Made by a program: the position numbers and the translations under genes. A stretch of 64,000 nucleotides of DNA, taken from Escherichia phage vB_EcoM_JS09. The DNA lies in sequence record NC_024124.2; one strand, given 5' to 3'. Shown one piece after another: positions 1 through 9,487 of the stretch (positions are counted from its first letter, which is position 1; every line of letters starts with the position of its first letter). The notes beneath the pieces were generated by a model. It had not been told where the DNA came from. It was given only the letters and a program-made list of their open reading frames with translations, and searched no databases.

Positions 1-2214
1 ATGATTATTGAAACGGCTAAAGAAACGATTATTGGTTCAGGCGGGAAGAGCACAGCATTTACTATTCAAGGCAATAGCAAAGTTTATAAGATTTTGTCTA
101 ATGACCTTTATACAAACAAAGAATTGGCTTGTGTACGTGAATTAATCACAAACTGTATCGATGGACAAATTCTTAATGGTTGCACTGATAAGTTTATTGT
201 TCAGGCTCCAGGTCGTTTAGACCCACGTTTTGTAGTTCGAGACTTTGGTCCTGGTATGAGTGATTTCACCATTCGAGGTAATGACGAAGAGCCAGGAATC
301 TATAACTCATATTTTGCTTCAACTAAAACATCAAGTAACGATTTCATTGGTGGATTCGGACTCGGCTCTAAAGCTCCGTTAGCATATACTGATACGTTTA
401 ACCTTACGTCTTATCACAATGGTGAAGTTCGTGGTTATGTAATTTATCAAGATGACAGTGGTCCACAGATTAAGCCAACCTTCGTAGATAAGATGGGTCC
501 TGATGACCGGACTGGCGTTGAAGTAGTTGTGCCTGTTAACCCAGAAGATTTTGAAAAGTTCGCATCCGAAATTGCTTATGTTATGCGTCCTCTCGGCGAT
601 ATTGCAGAAGTTCGTGGTGTTAAAGATATCAAATACTTCCCGGAATTCGATGATGTTTATTTGGCCAAGGAAGCTCCATGGGGTGAACGTGGTAATATCA
701 TGGCTGTTTATGGTGGTATTGTATATCCAATCGGAAGTGTTATTAAAGAACAAACATGGATGATGACGCGATGCACTACAGCTTATATTAAATTCCCTAT
801 GGGTGAACTAGATGTAGCCCCGTCTCGTGAAGCATTGTCATTTGATAAACGTACAGTAGCAAATATCCATAAACGTGTTGCAGAAATCGATGCAAAATTA
901 TTTGCTGAAGATTCTAAGAAATGGATTGATTGTGAATATCCACGTCATGTATTCCGTGAAATCGATTCTCTTGGTTATTCTGCTCGTAAATACATGGAAA
1001 AAGCCGGTTCTAATATTGAATCACTGAAATATTCTAAAGAACAGCTAACTTATTCTGAGTTGTACAAACGTTTTAAAATGGGTCCCGAATGGTGCAACCT
1101 TGGTGTTGTATACGATATCGTTTCAGACCCACGACTTCGTCGTATTCGTGAAAGCGGAAGCTCGTCTGCAACTATTTCAATTAATAGCCTGCTAGGTATT
1201 AGTCGTAAGCATATTGATATTGTTATTGACGATGTGAAAGGCCGCGTACCAATGATGCGTGCTCTGAACGATGCTTTGACTTCCACAGATGCATCAACAC
1301 TCGTTGATAAGGTTCCTTCCGGATGGGGCAGTAGCGTATTATTCGTTAACCCGGAAGATGAAGTTGCAATGAAACTTCTGGAACGATTAAAGGTTATTTT
1401 CGCTGGTGATAGCCTTAAATTTTATAAGACCTCTGAAATTCTTGCATTAGTTAAACCGTGGATTGAAGTTAAAGAACGTTCATCTCAGCCTCGTCCTAAA
1501 TCCCCGAGTGCTCATCGATTCTTTAAGAATGAAAACGATGTTTGGGTATCAGAAGACCTCTTTATTCCGGCAAGTGAAGCAGATGAAATCCAAGGTTATG
1601 CTATAGTTCGTAATCGTTCTAATGCTGAATGTCTTGACGCAGATAAAGGTTGGTTGAACTATGACTCCAATTTCTTGACCCGTATTGCTGATTTGTCAGG
1701 TATTAAAGAGTTCACTGTAGTTCGTCCACAGATTGCTAAGAAAGTTCGTAAACTTGGTGAAGTAGAATGCTTGTTCGAAAAATCAATTAATGACTATATT
1801 ACGCTAATTGATAAAGTGGATTATGATGAGTATGTATCACCAAGTCGTAGAGCACAGCCTTATTTGAATCATATTACTCGTAACGAAGAGCTTAACTTCC
1901 TTAGTAAGTATTTTAGCTCTAAGAACAAAGAAATCAGTAAAGACTTTGCAAAACTCTCAACAGTAAATAATCGTTGGGGATGGAATCGATTCGCAGGTGC
2001 TACTAATACAGACCTGAATAAGAAGTTAGAATTGTGTGCTAAAATTTTCGATAAGCTTAAAGATAATGCTTACGATAATGATGATAAAATGGTTATTGAA
2101 TTCGAAACCAATTATCATATTGTGTCAGAATACATGGGACGACGTGGTACTCTTTCCAAAGAACAGGTCGCTCAAATCGTTAAATTCATGAAGGCCGTGG
2201 AAGCGGCCAAATAA
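1..2214 (+). CDS. rIIA: rIIA protein (rapid-lysis / exclusion-related membrane-associated protein)
   Basis: 737-aa ORF starting at ATG at position 1; sequence and length match recalled T4 rIIA (725 aa); followed 10 nt later by rIIB. Confidence 0.9.
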   Translation: MIIETAKETIIGSGGKSTAFTIQGNSKVYKILSNDLYTNKELACVRELITNCIDGQILNGCTDKFIVQAPGRLDPRFVVRDFGPGMSDFTIRGNDEEPGIYNSYFASTKTSSNDFIGGFGLGSKAPLAYTDTFNLTSYHNGEVRGYVIYQDDSGPQIKPTFVDKMGPDDRTGVEVVVPVNPEDFEKFASEIAYVMRPLGDIAEVRGVKDIKYFPEFDDVYLAKEAPWGERGNIMAVYGGIVYPIGSVIKEQTWMMTRCTTAYIKFPMGELDVAPSREALSFDKRTVANIHKRVAEIDAKLFAEDSKKWIDCEYPRHVFREIDSLGYSARKYMEKAGSNIESLKYSKEQLTYSELYKRFKMGPEWCNLGVVYDIVSDPRLRRIRESGSSSATISINSLLGISRKHIDIVIDDVKGRVPMMRALNDALTSTDASTLVDKVPSGWGSSVLFVNPEDEVAMKLLERLKVIFAGDSLKFYKTSEILALVKPWIEVKERSSQPRPKSPSAHRFFKNENDVWVSEDLFIPASEADEIQGYAIVRNRSNAECLDADKGWLNYDSNFLTRIADLSGIKEFTVVRPQIAKKVRKLGEVECLFEKSINDYITLIDKVDYDEYVSPSRRAQPYLNHITRNEELNFLSKYFSSKNKEISKDFAKLSTVNNRWGWNRFAGATNTDLNKKLELCAKIFDKLKDNAYDNDDKMVIEFETNYHIVSEYMGRRGTLSKEQVAQIVKFMKAVEAAK

Positions 2215-2223
2215 GGAAACATT

Positions 2224-3171
2224 ATGTACAATATTAAATGCTTGTCCCAAGAAGAACAGTTAGAAGCTTATGGCCTGGTTGAATCAGGCAAATGGACTCG
2301 TAAAGAAATTGCCGATTACTTCGACATTTCAACAGATACTCTTCGTAAGATTGTTAAGAATTTTAAAGCAGAAGGCGTTGTCCCTGAAGCAAACGATGCC
2401 TCTTATGTAATCGAAGAAGTTCCAGAAAATGATGAACCTATTATCGGCGGACATCGTCCTGAAATCGTATGGAACGCGTCATCTAAATTTATTTCAATTA
2501 TTGAAGGACGCGTAGCATACAATGCGACTCCATCAAGTCATGCAAATTTTGAAGAAATTAAAGCTAATCTGGTCGCAGGAAACCTTAATAAAGCTGTCGA
2601 ACTTATTAACATCAAGAAAGCTATTAGTAAGTTTGTTGACGGTAATGTTGTTATTGAAGGTGGTAGTTTATTTTATCAAGGTATAGAGATTCGTTCTGGT
2701 CTGGTTAATCGTATTATTGATTCTATGGAAAAAGGCGAAGACTTTAAATTCTATCTACCGTTCCTTGAAAACCTGTTAGAAAACCCAAGCGAAAAAGCTG
2801 TACAACGTTTATTCGACTTCTTGGTTGCAAATGATATTGAAATCACTGAAGATGGGCATTTCTACGCGTGGAAAGTAGTTCGTAAAGATTATTTAGATTG
2901 CTATAGCGGTACATTTGATAACTCACCAGGTAAAGTTGTTTCAATGCCTCGTACTCGTGTTAACGATGATGATACACAAACCTGCTCCCGTGGTCTACAT
3001 GTTTGCGCTAAATCGTATATTCGTTACTTTGGTTCTAGCTCAGATAAAGTTGTTAAGGTTAAAGTTCATCCACGTGATGTTGTGTCCATCCCAGTTGACT
3101 ATGGCGATGCTAAGATGCGTACTTGTCGTTATGAAGTAATTTCAGACGTTACTGAATTATTTGCAGAATAA
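2224..3171 (+). CDS. rIIB: rIIB protein
   Basis: 315-aa ORF, AAGGA SD upstream; matches recalled T4 rIIB (312 aa); followed by a UUCG terminator. Confidence 0.9.
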   Translation: MYNIKCLSQEEQLEAYGLVESGKWTRKEIADYFDISTDTLRKIVKNFKAEGVVPEANDASYVIEEVPENDEPIIGGHRPEIVWNASSKFISIIEGRVAYNATPSSHANFEEIKANLVAGNLNKAVELINIKKAISKFVDGNVVIEGGSLFYQGIEIRSGLVNRIIDSMEKGEDFKFYLPFLENLLENPSEKAVQRLFDFLVANDIEITEDGHFYAWKVVRKDYLDCYSGTFDNSPGKVVSMPRTRVNDDDTQTCSRGLHVCAKSYIRYFGSSSDKVVKVKVHPRDVVSIPVDYGDAKMRTCRYEVISDVTELFAE

Positions 3172-3176
3172 TAATT

Positions 3177-3199
3177 GGGGACTTCGGTCCCCTTTTTTT
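3177..3199 (+). terminator. rho-independent terminator (UUCG hairpin + U-tract) after rIIB
   Basis: GGGGAC-TTCG-GTCCCC followed by TTTTTTT. Confidence 0.8.
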
Positions 3200-3213
3200 C
3201 TTTAGGGGTAATT

Positions 3214-3501
3214 ATGATTCATCCATTTGACGTATCAGAATCCAAAATTGCTAATCTTCGTGGTCATCATAAGTGTAAATCAGTTTATTGTGCTAAATTG
3301 GTAAAACATCCTGGCGATGCACACTATGGTTGGTTAGAATGCGACGAAGTTGTTATTGAAATCCCACCGGTAGATGCAGAATATCTTGAAGAAGGTGACC
3401 GCATTTATTTTGGCGAACTACACATCAGAGGTATCTATGGTAAAGACGAACTTGGGACTGTTGAGACTGAAGAATCTTCCGACATTTATCCTGTCGAATG
3501 A
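3214..3501 (+). CDS. hypothetical protein
   Basis: Track ORF 3175 starts at TTG inside the rIIB terminator; first ATG with AGGGG SD is at 3214 (MIHPF...); acidic C-terminal half reads like real protein. Confidence 0.4.
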   Translation: MIHPFDVSESKIANLRGHHKCKSVYCAKLVKHPGDAHYGWLECDEVVIEIPPVDAEYLEEGDRIYFGELHIRGIYGKDELGTVETEESSDIYPVE

Positions 3502-3517
3502 GTTTTTGACTAGTGAA

Positions 3518-3994
3518 ATGAAGGTGAAGATTGCTGACACTGCTCGGTATTCCCTGAGCCAAAATCCTGACCAAAACAAAGAAGATGTAGTTCGACGTTG
3601 TAAGGTTGCGGTCTTTGCAGAGTATGTAGTAGCAAATTGGCTAGACGGATATGTTAATAAAGGTATTGAAGACGTAGAAGACCCGTACACGTATGCATGG
3701 GACGTGTTAGCCCATCCCAAGTATTGTGGAATTCGTGTAGAAGTCAAGACACACCAGATAGATTCTAAATGGATTTCTGTTACCACAGGATACAGTGGTG
3801 ATTATCCAGGTGGCAACGGAATCAACATAGGGCCCTTCTTGAACCATCGAGTCGCAGATTGCATTATTATATTAGATGTCAAAGAAACCTCACCTGACGT
3901 CTTCTCTTATTCTATAAAGTTCGTGGGAGACCATGAAGACCTAAAGAAAATCGTCCGCAAGAGCAACTACAACGGCTGGTATCTTCATCTTTAA
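3518..3994 (+). CDS. hypothetical protein at the position of T4 denB (endonuclease IV); start uncertain
   Basis: Track ORF 3374..3994 overlaps the previous ORF by 128 nt; first non-overlapping ATG is 3518; an alternative start at 3437 has an AGAGG SD and would give 185 aa (the T4 DenB length); identity rests on synteny only. Confidence 0.35.
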   Translation: MKVKIADTARYSLSQNPDQNKEDVVRRCKVAVFAEYVVANWLDGYVNKGIEDVEDPYTYAWDVLAHPKYCGIRVEVKTHQIDSKWISVTTGYSGDYPGGNGINIGPFLNHRVADCIIILDVKETSPDVFSYSIKFVGDHEDLKKIVRKSNYNGWYLHL

Positions 3995-4007
3995 TTTCAT
4001 AAAAGTG

Positions 4008-4036
4008 TTTACAACTAAGTAGGACTATGATATAGT
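4008..4036 (+). promoter_or_regulatory. early (sigma70-type) promoter with dyad symmetry around -10
   Basis: TTTACA-N17-TATAGT with TG at -15; 8-bp perfect inverted repeat TAGGACTA (4020..4027) / TAGTCCTA (4036..4043). Confidence 0.6.
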
Positions 4037-4062
4037 AGTCCTATCTAAAAGAGGATAACATC

Positions 4063-4326
4063 ATGAAATTTAAATTTTTCTACGCAAAACATAAAGTGAC
4101 CGGTGAGTTTGTTTCAATGTACAACACCGCAGATGACGAAGGGATGATTTATACCCATTTAGGTCTATCTCATTGGGACTCGGACGTGCCTTATATGTCA
4201 TCTGAAGCCGAAATAACTCGTCTGGTTAATGGACATATGAACGACCATTTTAATGTTATTCTTTCTAAAGACCTTAAAGAGGTTATCAACAAAGGATACA
4301 TGGAACTCGCGGAAGTTGAGATATGA
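4063..4326 (+). CDS. hypothetical early protein
   Basis: 87-aa ORF, GAGGA SD, preceded by early promoter 4008..4036. Confidence 0.5.
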   Translation: MKFKFFYAKHKVTGEFVSMYNTADDEGMIYTHLGLSHWDSDVPYMSSEAEITRLVNGHMNDHFNVILSKDLKEVINKGYMELAEVEI

Positions 4327-4409
4327 GTTCTAAAATGTGGATCGGAATATGGTTGCTTAGTATCCCAATGATTTGTATAATATTTTCAATTGTGTTGAGG
4401 TACTTATGA
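4323..4409 (+). CDS. small hydrophobic peptide (28 aa)
   Basis: ATGA overlap with the upstream stop; sequence MSSKMWIGIWLLSIPMICIIFSIVLRYL is a single predicted TM helix. Confidence 0.3.
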   Translation: MSSKMWIGIWLLSIPMICIIFSIVLRYL

Positions 4410-4516
4410 AAAATGCACTTCTTATTGTACTAAGAACAATTTGTGATACGGGTTTTTACATTGCATGTTCGTTCACTGGAACATGGTTGGCTTTAACATA
4501 TTTTAATGTAATTTAA
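4406..4516 (+). CDS. small hydrophobic peptide (36 aa)
   Basis: ATGA overlap with the previous ORF; GAGGT SD 5 nt upstream; hydrophobic. Confidence 0.3.
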   Translation: MKNALLIVLRTICDTGFYIACSFTGTWLALTYFNVI

Positions 4517-4519
4517 TTG

Positions 4520-4548
4520 TTTACATCACGGTAGGATTATGGTATAGT
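4520..4548 (+). promoter_or_regulatory. early promoter with dyad symmetry around -10
   Basis: TTTACA-N17-TATAGT; inverted repeat GTAGGA (4531..4536) / TCCTAC (4551..4556); near-copy of the 4008 promoter. Confidence 0.6.
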
Positions 4549-4576
4549 AGTCCTACTGAAACATGAGGAACACAAA

Positions 4577-4777
4577 ATGGCTAAGCTTTTTAAAGACGTT
4601 GAAATTGGTGAAAAATTTGTTCTGAATAATGGTCAGCAGCTTATTCGTGTAGCTTCTATCGCCGGACAAACTCATAACTGTATCGCCCCAACGTGTTGGA
4701 CCCGATTCTTTATTGAGGATGACACTGAATGTTTAACTGTTGAAGAGCTTTTTGAACGTTCTGATATGGCCGAATAA
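4577..4777 (+). CDS. hypothetical early protein
   Basis: 66-aa ORF, GAGGA SD, preceded by early promoter 4520..4548. Confidence 0.5.
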   Translation: MAKLFKDVEIGEKFVLNNGQQLIRVASIAGQTHNCIAPTCWTRFFIEDDTECLTVEELFERSDMAE

Positions 4778-4780
4778 AAT

Positions 4781-4809
4781 TGTACAAACTCTTGAGAGCA
4801 GAGTATAAT
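4781..4809 (+). promoter_or_regulatory. early promoter with dyad symmetry around -10 (upstream of ndd)
   Basis: TGTACA-N17-TATAAT; 8-bp inverted repeat TGAGAGCA (4793..4800) / TGCTCTCA (4809..4816); loop GAGTATAA. Confidence 0.6.
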
Positions 4810-4853
4810 GCTCTCATGGATTACAAAAACATTAATCAATTGAGGAAATTAGC

Positions 4854-5300
4854 ATGTCCAAATATTTAACTCGTAAAGACCTTCTGGCAGTTGGCGGTGA
4901 AGTTGTTGCAGTAGTTCGTAACGGCGAATACGGTTCTGAAGTTTCTAAAGAGTTTCGTTCTCGTGAAGGTTTTTACTTCTTTGTTAAAGGTTCATCTGAC
5001 TGGCGTCAAGTAGCAGCACGATTCTTTGTAGGACGTCAACGTTCTAAACAAGGGTTGGATGCAATTCTTTCTCACATTCGTCAAGGCCGTTCGCAACTAG
5101 CCCGTACTATGGGCACTAACAATATTGAATATGATGTAATCTTTGTTGCAGCTAAGAACATGAAACCACTGACCACCGGTTATGGTAAAGGTCAATTGGC
5201 TCTGGCATTCACTCGCAACCATACATCAGAATATCAAACACTCACTGAAATGAACCGTCTTCTGGCTGATAATTTCAAATTCATTCTGCAGAGTTACTAA
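4854..5300 (+). CDS. ndd: Ndd nucleoid disruption protein
   Basis: 148-aa ORF; matches recalled T4 Ndd (151 aa) over [11 protein letters not shown]...[14 protein letters not shown]...LADNFKF. Confidence 0.8.
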   Translation: MSKYLTRKDLLAVGGEVVAVVRNGEYGSEVSKEFRSREGFYFFVKGSSDWRQVAARFFVGRQRSKQGLDAILSHIRQGRSQLARTMGTNNIEYDVIFVAAKNMKPLTTGYGKGQLALAFTRNHTSEYQTLTEMNRLLADNFKFILQSY

Positions 5301-5352
5301 TTTATACGGGCCTATTAAGTTGGGCCTTTAATTTATTTTTGAGGTAATTAAA

Positions 5353-5502
5353 ATGGTAGCATGGATTATTGCATTGCTGTGTTGGTCGTTTTTATTCGTT
5401 AACACTTTAGTTACAGGCGAAACAACAGTATTTCAACAGGCTGTGTCACAAGGTACCTTAGCGGTCTTAGCTCTTCTTAACGTATTAAAAGGCGAGCAAT
5501 GA
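5353..5502 (+). CDS. small membrane protein (49 aa)
   Basis: GAGGT SD 7 nt upstream of ATG; hydrophobic N-terminus; lies where T4 has ac/52.1-type small genes. Confidence 0.35.
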   Translation: MVAWIIALLCWSFLFVNTLVTGETTVFQQAVSQGTLAVLALLNVLKGEQ

Positions 5503-5639
5503 TTAAGAAAATCTTAGCAGGAGCCTTCGGGCTCTTGTTGTTGCTTACGGTTCTGTACTATGGTGTGATGTTTGGACTAATCCAAGTAGTGCTTTTCATT
5601 TCAGATATTATAATGGCTATTCGTTCATTAATATGGTGA
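5499..5639 (+). CDS. small membrane protein (46 aa)
   Basis: ATGA overlap with the previous ORF; strongly hydrophobic; ends 5 nt before gene 52. Confidence 0.35.
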   Translation: MIKKILAGAFGLLLLLTVLYYGVMFGLIQVVLFISDIIMAIRSLIW

Positions 5640-5643
5640 AAAT

Positions 5644-6969
5644 ATGCAATTAAATTCTCGTAATCTAAAAAGTATTATTGATAACGAAGCCTTAGCATAT
5701 GCGATGTACACCGTTGAAAACCGTGCAATCCCAAACATGATTGATGGATTTAAGCCGGTTCAACGTTTTGTGGTTCATCGTGCGTTAGATTTGGCTCGTG
5801 GTAATAAAGAAAAATTTCATAAACTTGCGTCAATTGCAGGCGGTGTTGCAGATTTAGGTTATCACCATGGTGAATCTTCTGCACAAGATGCAGGTGCATT
5901 GATGGCTAACACATGGAACAACAACTATCCACTGTTAGATGGCCAAGGCAACTTTGGTTCTCGAACAGTTCAAAAAGCTGCAGCATCTCGTTATATTTTT
6001 GCTCGTGTAAGTAAAAATTTCTATAACGTATATAAAGATACTGAATATGCTCCAGCTCATGAAGATAAAGAACACATTCCACCAAAATTCTATCTTCCTA
6101 TTATTCCGACAGTTCTTTTGAATGGTGTCTCTGGTATTGCAACTGGTTACGCAACAAATATTCTGCCTCATAGTTTTAAATCAGTCAAAAAGGCTGTATT
6201 ACAAGCTCTTCAAGGTAAAAATGTCACTAAGCCAAAAGTTGAATTCCCGGAATTCCGTGGTGAAGTACATGAAGTTGATGGGCGTTATGAGATTCACGGA
6301 ACATATAAGTTCACATCTCGCACTCAAATGCAGATAACTGAAATCCCATATAAATTCGACCGTGAAACGTATGTGAGTAAGGTTCTTGACCCGTTGGAAG
6401 ACAAAGGTCTAATCTCATGGGAAGATGATTGCGGTGAACACGGCTTTGGGTTTAAGGTGAAGTTCCGTAAAGAGTACTCGCTTCCTGATGATGAAGAGCT
6501 ACGTCATGAAAAAATCATGAAAGATTTTAGTCTCATCGAACGTCGTTCACAAAACATCACAGTGATTAATGAAAAGGGTAAATTAGCTGTCTATGATAAC
6601 GTAGTGGACTTAATCAAAGATTTTGTTGAAGTCCGTAAGACTTACGTTCAGAAACGTATTGACAACAAAATCCTTGAATCTGAAAAAGCATTTAAACTGG
6701 CTTTTGCTAAGGCACACTTCATCAAAAAAGTTATCAACGGCGAAATTGTGATTCAGGGCAAGACTCGTAAAGCTTTGACTGAAGAGCTAGCACAAATCGA
6801 AATGTATAAAGAACATGTCGATAAACTGGTAGGTCTTAACATCTTCCATATCACTTCCGACGAAGCACGTAAACTAGCAGAAGAAGCTAAAGCTAAGAAA
6901 GAAGAAAATGAGTATTGGAAGTCTACTGATGTTGTGACAGAGTACACTAAAGACTTGGAGGCACTTTGA
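5644..6969 (+). CDS. 52: DNA topoisomerase II medium subunit
   Basis: 441-aa ORF matching recalled T4 gp52 (442 aa). Confidence 0.9.
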   Translation: MQLNSRNLKSIIDNEALAYAMYTVENRAIPNMIDGFKPVQRFVVHRALDLARGNKEKFHKLASIAGGVADLGYHHGESSAQDAGALMANTWNNNYPLLDGQGNFGSRTVQKAAASRYIFARVSKNFYNVYKDTEYAPAHEDKEHIPPKFYLPIIPTVLLNGVSGIATGYATNILPHSFKSVKKAVLQALQGKNVTKPKVEFPEFRGEVHEVDGRYEIHGTYKFTSRTQMQITEIPYKFDRETYVSKVLDPLEDKGLISWEDDCGEHGFGFKVKFRKEYSLPDDEELRHEKIMKDFSLIERRSQNITVINEKGKLAVYDNVVDLIKDFVEVRKTYVQKRIDNKILESEKAFKLAFAKAHFIKKVINGEIVIQGKTRKALTEELAQIEMYKEHVDKLVGLNIFHITSDEARKLAEEAKAKKEENEYWKSTDVVTEYTKDLEAL

Positions 6970-7045
6970 GTGCCCTAGCCTTAGGATTTCTCAGTGCAAT
7001 AGCTGCACTAGTGATTTGGCTATATTGGTTGGACAAACATGATTA

Positions 7046-7061
7046 GGGAGCCGAAGCTCCC
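7046..7061 (+). terminator. GC-rich hairpin after gene 52
   Basis: GGGAGC-CGAA-GCTCCC followed by TTTGTG; the UUCG loop is on the opposite strand. Confidence 0.5.
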
Positions 7062-7088
7062 TTTGTGCATTTTTTCCTCACAAAACAG

Positions 7089-7116
7089 TTTACACGTGCT
7101 TCAAACATGATATTAT
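7089..7116 (+). promoter_or_regulatory. early promoter with embedded MotA-box-like TGCTTCA
   Basis: TTTACA-N16-TATTAT preceded by TG; TGCTTCA at 7097..7103. Confidence 0.55.
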
Positions 7117-7164
7117 AGACCTATCAAAACAAAACAACCAAATTGGAGAAATAAAATGTCTAAA
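7097..7164 (+). repeat. direct repeat copy 1 (promoter-SD-start cassette)
   Basis: About 90% identical to 7419..7484, including the -10, SD GGAG and first codons ATGTCTAAA. Confidence 0.7.
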
Positions 7165-7371
7165 ATGAAATTAACCCAAAACACAACTACTCGTTTCGGT
7201 AAAGTTAAACCTGGTATGAATGCTCCCCGTAAAGCACTTGTTGAAGAATTAAATTTCTTAGAAGTTGAAATCAATTCTTTAGTGGTTCGCGGTTCAAATG
7301 GACATCATTTAGAAAAGCTTCGTTCTAAAAAGGCAAAACTTATTGGCCTTATTAAAGAAATGAGTTTGTAA
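7156..7371 (+). CDS. hypothetical early protein
   Basis: 71-aa ORF with GGAG SD; shares its promoter/SD/ATGTCTAAA start cassette with motA. Confidence 0.5.
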   Translation: MSKMKLTQNTTTRFGKVKPGMNAPRKALVEELNFLEVEINSLVVRGSNGHHLEKLRSKKAKLIGLIKEMSL

Positions 7372-7410
7372 ATTTTACCAGGGCTTTTGGAAAAAGAGCC
7401 CAAAATAAAG

Positions 7411-7438
7411 TTTACTTTTGCTTCAAACATGATATTAT
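7411..7438 (+). promoter_or_regulatory. early promoter with embedded MotA-box-like TGCTTCA (motA promoter)
   Basis: GTTTAC at 7410; TGCTTCA 7419..7425; TGATATTAT -10 at 7433..7438. Confidence 0.55.
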
Positions 7439-7484
7439 AGACCTATCAAAACAAATACTAATTTGGAGAAATAAAATGTCTAAA
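7419..7484 (+). repeat. direct repeat copy 2 (promoter-SD-start cassette)
   Basis: Near-identical to 7097..7164. Confidence 0.7.
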
Positions 7485-8108
7485 GTTACTTACATCATCA
7501 AAGCTTCTGAAAACGTTCTGAATGAAAAAACTGCTGCAATAATGGTTTATATCATTAAGAACAACTTCACCACTGCTGCCAATGTCCGTGAAGCTCTGGA
7601 AGCAGAATACAATGCATCGGTTGTTAACTCTAACATTGGTGTATTGATTAAGAAAGGTTTAGTCGAAAAATCCGGTGATGGACTTGTAGCAACAGGCGAA
7701 GCAATGGATATTATCCAAAAAGCTGCAGACCTATTTGCTCAAGAAAATGCTCCAGAACTTCTTCAGAAACGTAACACCAGAAAAGCACGTGGAGTTACTC
7801 CTGAAATGCATGAATTAGCAAACTTTGTTTTTGAAAATATTAAAGATAAAGTTGAAGTTAAAGAAATTGGTGAAAACCGTAGTAACTTAGAAGTTCGATT
7901 TGCAAAACGAGTTCTAGGTATTCGTCAGATCGAAATTCGTCGAGATGGCGCTCTTAGAATCTTTGCATACAATATGTCAGAAACTGAATCAAAGCTGTTT
8001 ACTTCTCTTGAAAATGATGTTAAGATTAAGATCGGTGGTAAATATACCTACATTGACTTCCCTAATGTGTCCAAAGAAATCATTACCCTTGTAACTAATG
8101 TACTGTGA
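7476..8108 (+). CDS. motA: MotA middle-transcription activator
   Basis: 210-aa ORF matching recalled T4 MotA (211 aa). Confidence 0.85.
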   Translation: MSKVTYIIKASENVLNEKTAAIMVYIIKNNFTTAANVREALEAEYNASVVNSNIGVLIKKGLVEKSGDGLVATGEAMDIIQKAADLFAQENAPELLQKRNTRKARGVTPEMHELANFVFENIKDKVEVKEIGENRSNLEVRFAKRVLGIRQIEIRRDGALRIFAYNMSETESKLFTSLENDVKIKIGGKYTYIDFPNVSKEIITLVTNVL

Positions 8109-8118
8109 GGAATACATA

Positions 8119-8463
8119 ATGAATAAGCTGAATATTATTAACGAACTTCGTAAATGTGCAGAACCTACTCAGGAAGGATGGGATATTTGGTACCATGGAG
8201 CTTATCTTGGAACTATCGTTAAAGTTAGAGCTGGGTTATATTTAATTATTCGCGAAAATTCTGAATTCCATAATGGAGTAGCTCCTGGTGGTATACGTAA
8301 AAACTTTATGGCCGCGATCAGTTCATTTGTTGATGCAGCTTACGAAATCTATAAAGAAGATTATAAAGAATATCAGCAGTCACAACCGGTTATTCGTTCA
8401 ATTGGTGTTAACAAAGCTCAGCAGAAAACTTTGTGGCAACGTATTAAAGGATGGTTTAAATGA
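8119..8463 (+). CDS. hypothetical protein
   Basis: Track start 8098 overlaps the motA end; ATG at 8119 has GAGGA SD. Confidence 0.5.
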   Translation: MNKLNIINELRKCAEPTQEGWDIWYHGAYLGTIVKVRAGLYLIIRENSEFHNGVAPGGIRKNFMAAISSFVDAAYEIYKEDYKEYQQSQPVIRSIGVNKAQQKTLWQRIKGWFK

Positions 8464-8921
8464 AAACTTTTAAAGAACGTTTAGCTCTGTTAGATAAAGC
8501 TTTGTCGCGTGAGACTCCGGAAAGTCTGGCTGCTAAATTAGCTTCTTACGGTGGTGAATATACAGAACAAAATGTTTTAGATGAAGTTCCTGAAATCTGT
8601 TGGCAGACTCTGTATTGGGATGAAAACCAAAAGTATCAACGACGAATTGTCTGCGCAGCCAACCGTTTTAAATTAAAAGATGGACGAACTCTTATTATTC
8701 CAGGTGCTCGTCATTATTCTAAAGATATGGCAGAAGTTTTAGATGTAGTTAAACCTCAATTAGTTACTCAACAAGTTTGTGATGATGACCAAGGGTTTAT
8801 TGACCAATATAGTAATTATTGGACACGTGAAGAAGCAATGATTATTGCAACTTACGCTGGACAAGTACGTATTGAACGTGGTGGTAATGAAAAAGAACTT
8901 TACTCTGAGGACCTTTACTAA
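8460..8921 (+). CDS. hypothetical protein
   Basis: 153-aa ORF, ATGA-coupled to the upstream gene. Confidence 0.5.
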   Translation: MKTFKERLALLDKALSRETPESLAAKLASYGGEYTEQNVLDEVPEICWQTLYWDENQKYQRRIVCAANRFKLKDGRTLIIPGARHYSKDMAEVLDVVKPQLVTQQVCDDDQGFIDQYSNYWTREEAMIIATYAGQVRIERGGNEKELYSEDLY

Positions 8922-9202
8922 TGAATCTTAAACAACTCCAGATTGATGCTATTGAAGCCCACATTAATCATATCAAACGCCTGAATGCTATGATGGAAGA
9001 AAATTATGGTATGTATGCTAATCAGCCTGGTTGGGATGCTTTAGACCATCCTTATTTGGTTAATTTATGTAAAGGTGATACGTTAGCAATTATTCGTGAT
9101 GGGTTAAAACCTTTCTTGCGCGACATGTATATTAAAATGAACGAAGAAATTATTAGCTCATTGCAATATCAATTAAGGAAATTAGATGATGAGAATAATT
9201 GA
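8921..9202 (+). CDS. hypothetical protein
   Basis: 93-aa ORF, start overlaps the upstream stop. Confidence 0.5.
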   Translation: MNLKQLQIDAIEAHINHIKRLNAMMEENYGMYANQPGWDALDHPYLVNLCKGDTLAIIRDGLKPFLRDMYIKMNEEIISSLQYQLRKLDDENN

Positions 9203-9413
9203 TTCTAAAGCAGATTATTTTAATTCTGTTAATGATAAGAATAAAGCTTTAATTCGTCACTTTATTACTGAGATGGGATATACTAACTCTAAAGATTTGA
9301 AAGAGCACATTATCGAATGTTCTGTGGCTAAAAAGTTTTCTTTCACAGACAAATGTTTAAATGAGGTTATAAATCATTATGAACAATCTTGTAGCAAAAC
9401 ACGATTTCAATAA
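9186..9413 (+). CDS. hypothetical protein
   Basis: 75-aa ORF overlapping the upstream gene by 17 nt. Confidence 0.45.
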   Translation: MMRIIDSKADYFNSVNDKNKALIRHFITEMGYTNSKDLKEHIIECSVAKKFSFTDKCLNEVINHYEQSCSKTRFQ

Positions 9414-9487
9414 GGCTTCTGTCCATAAGGACAAGAAGAAATCAGAACTTCAATCTAAACGCAAACAAAAACATAAGGGTAAAGACT

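Noticed and set aside
379-1286. Track ORFs on the minus strand and in alternative plus frames inside rIIA (379..753, 527..763, 1050..1286)
   Set aside because: Fully embedded in the well-supported rIIA reading frame; no SD; typical shadow ORFs
3374-3994. Full-length 206-aa version of the ORF after rIIB
   Set aside because: Would overlap the upstream ORF by 128 nt and its N-terminal 48 aa read like out-of-frame translation; a downstream start (3518, or 3437 with an SD) is preferred, though the start remains uncertain
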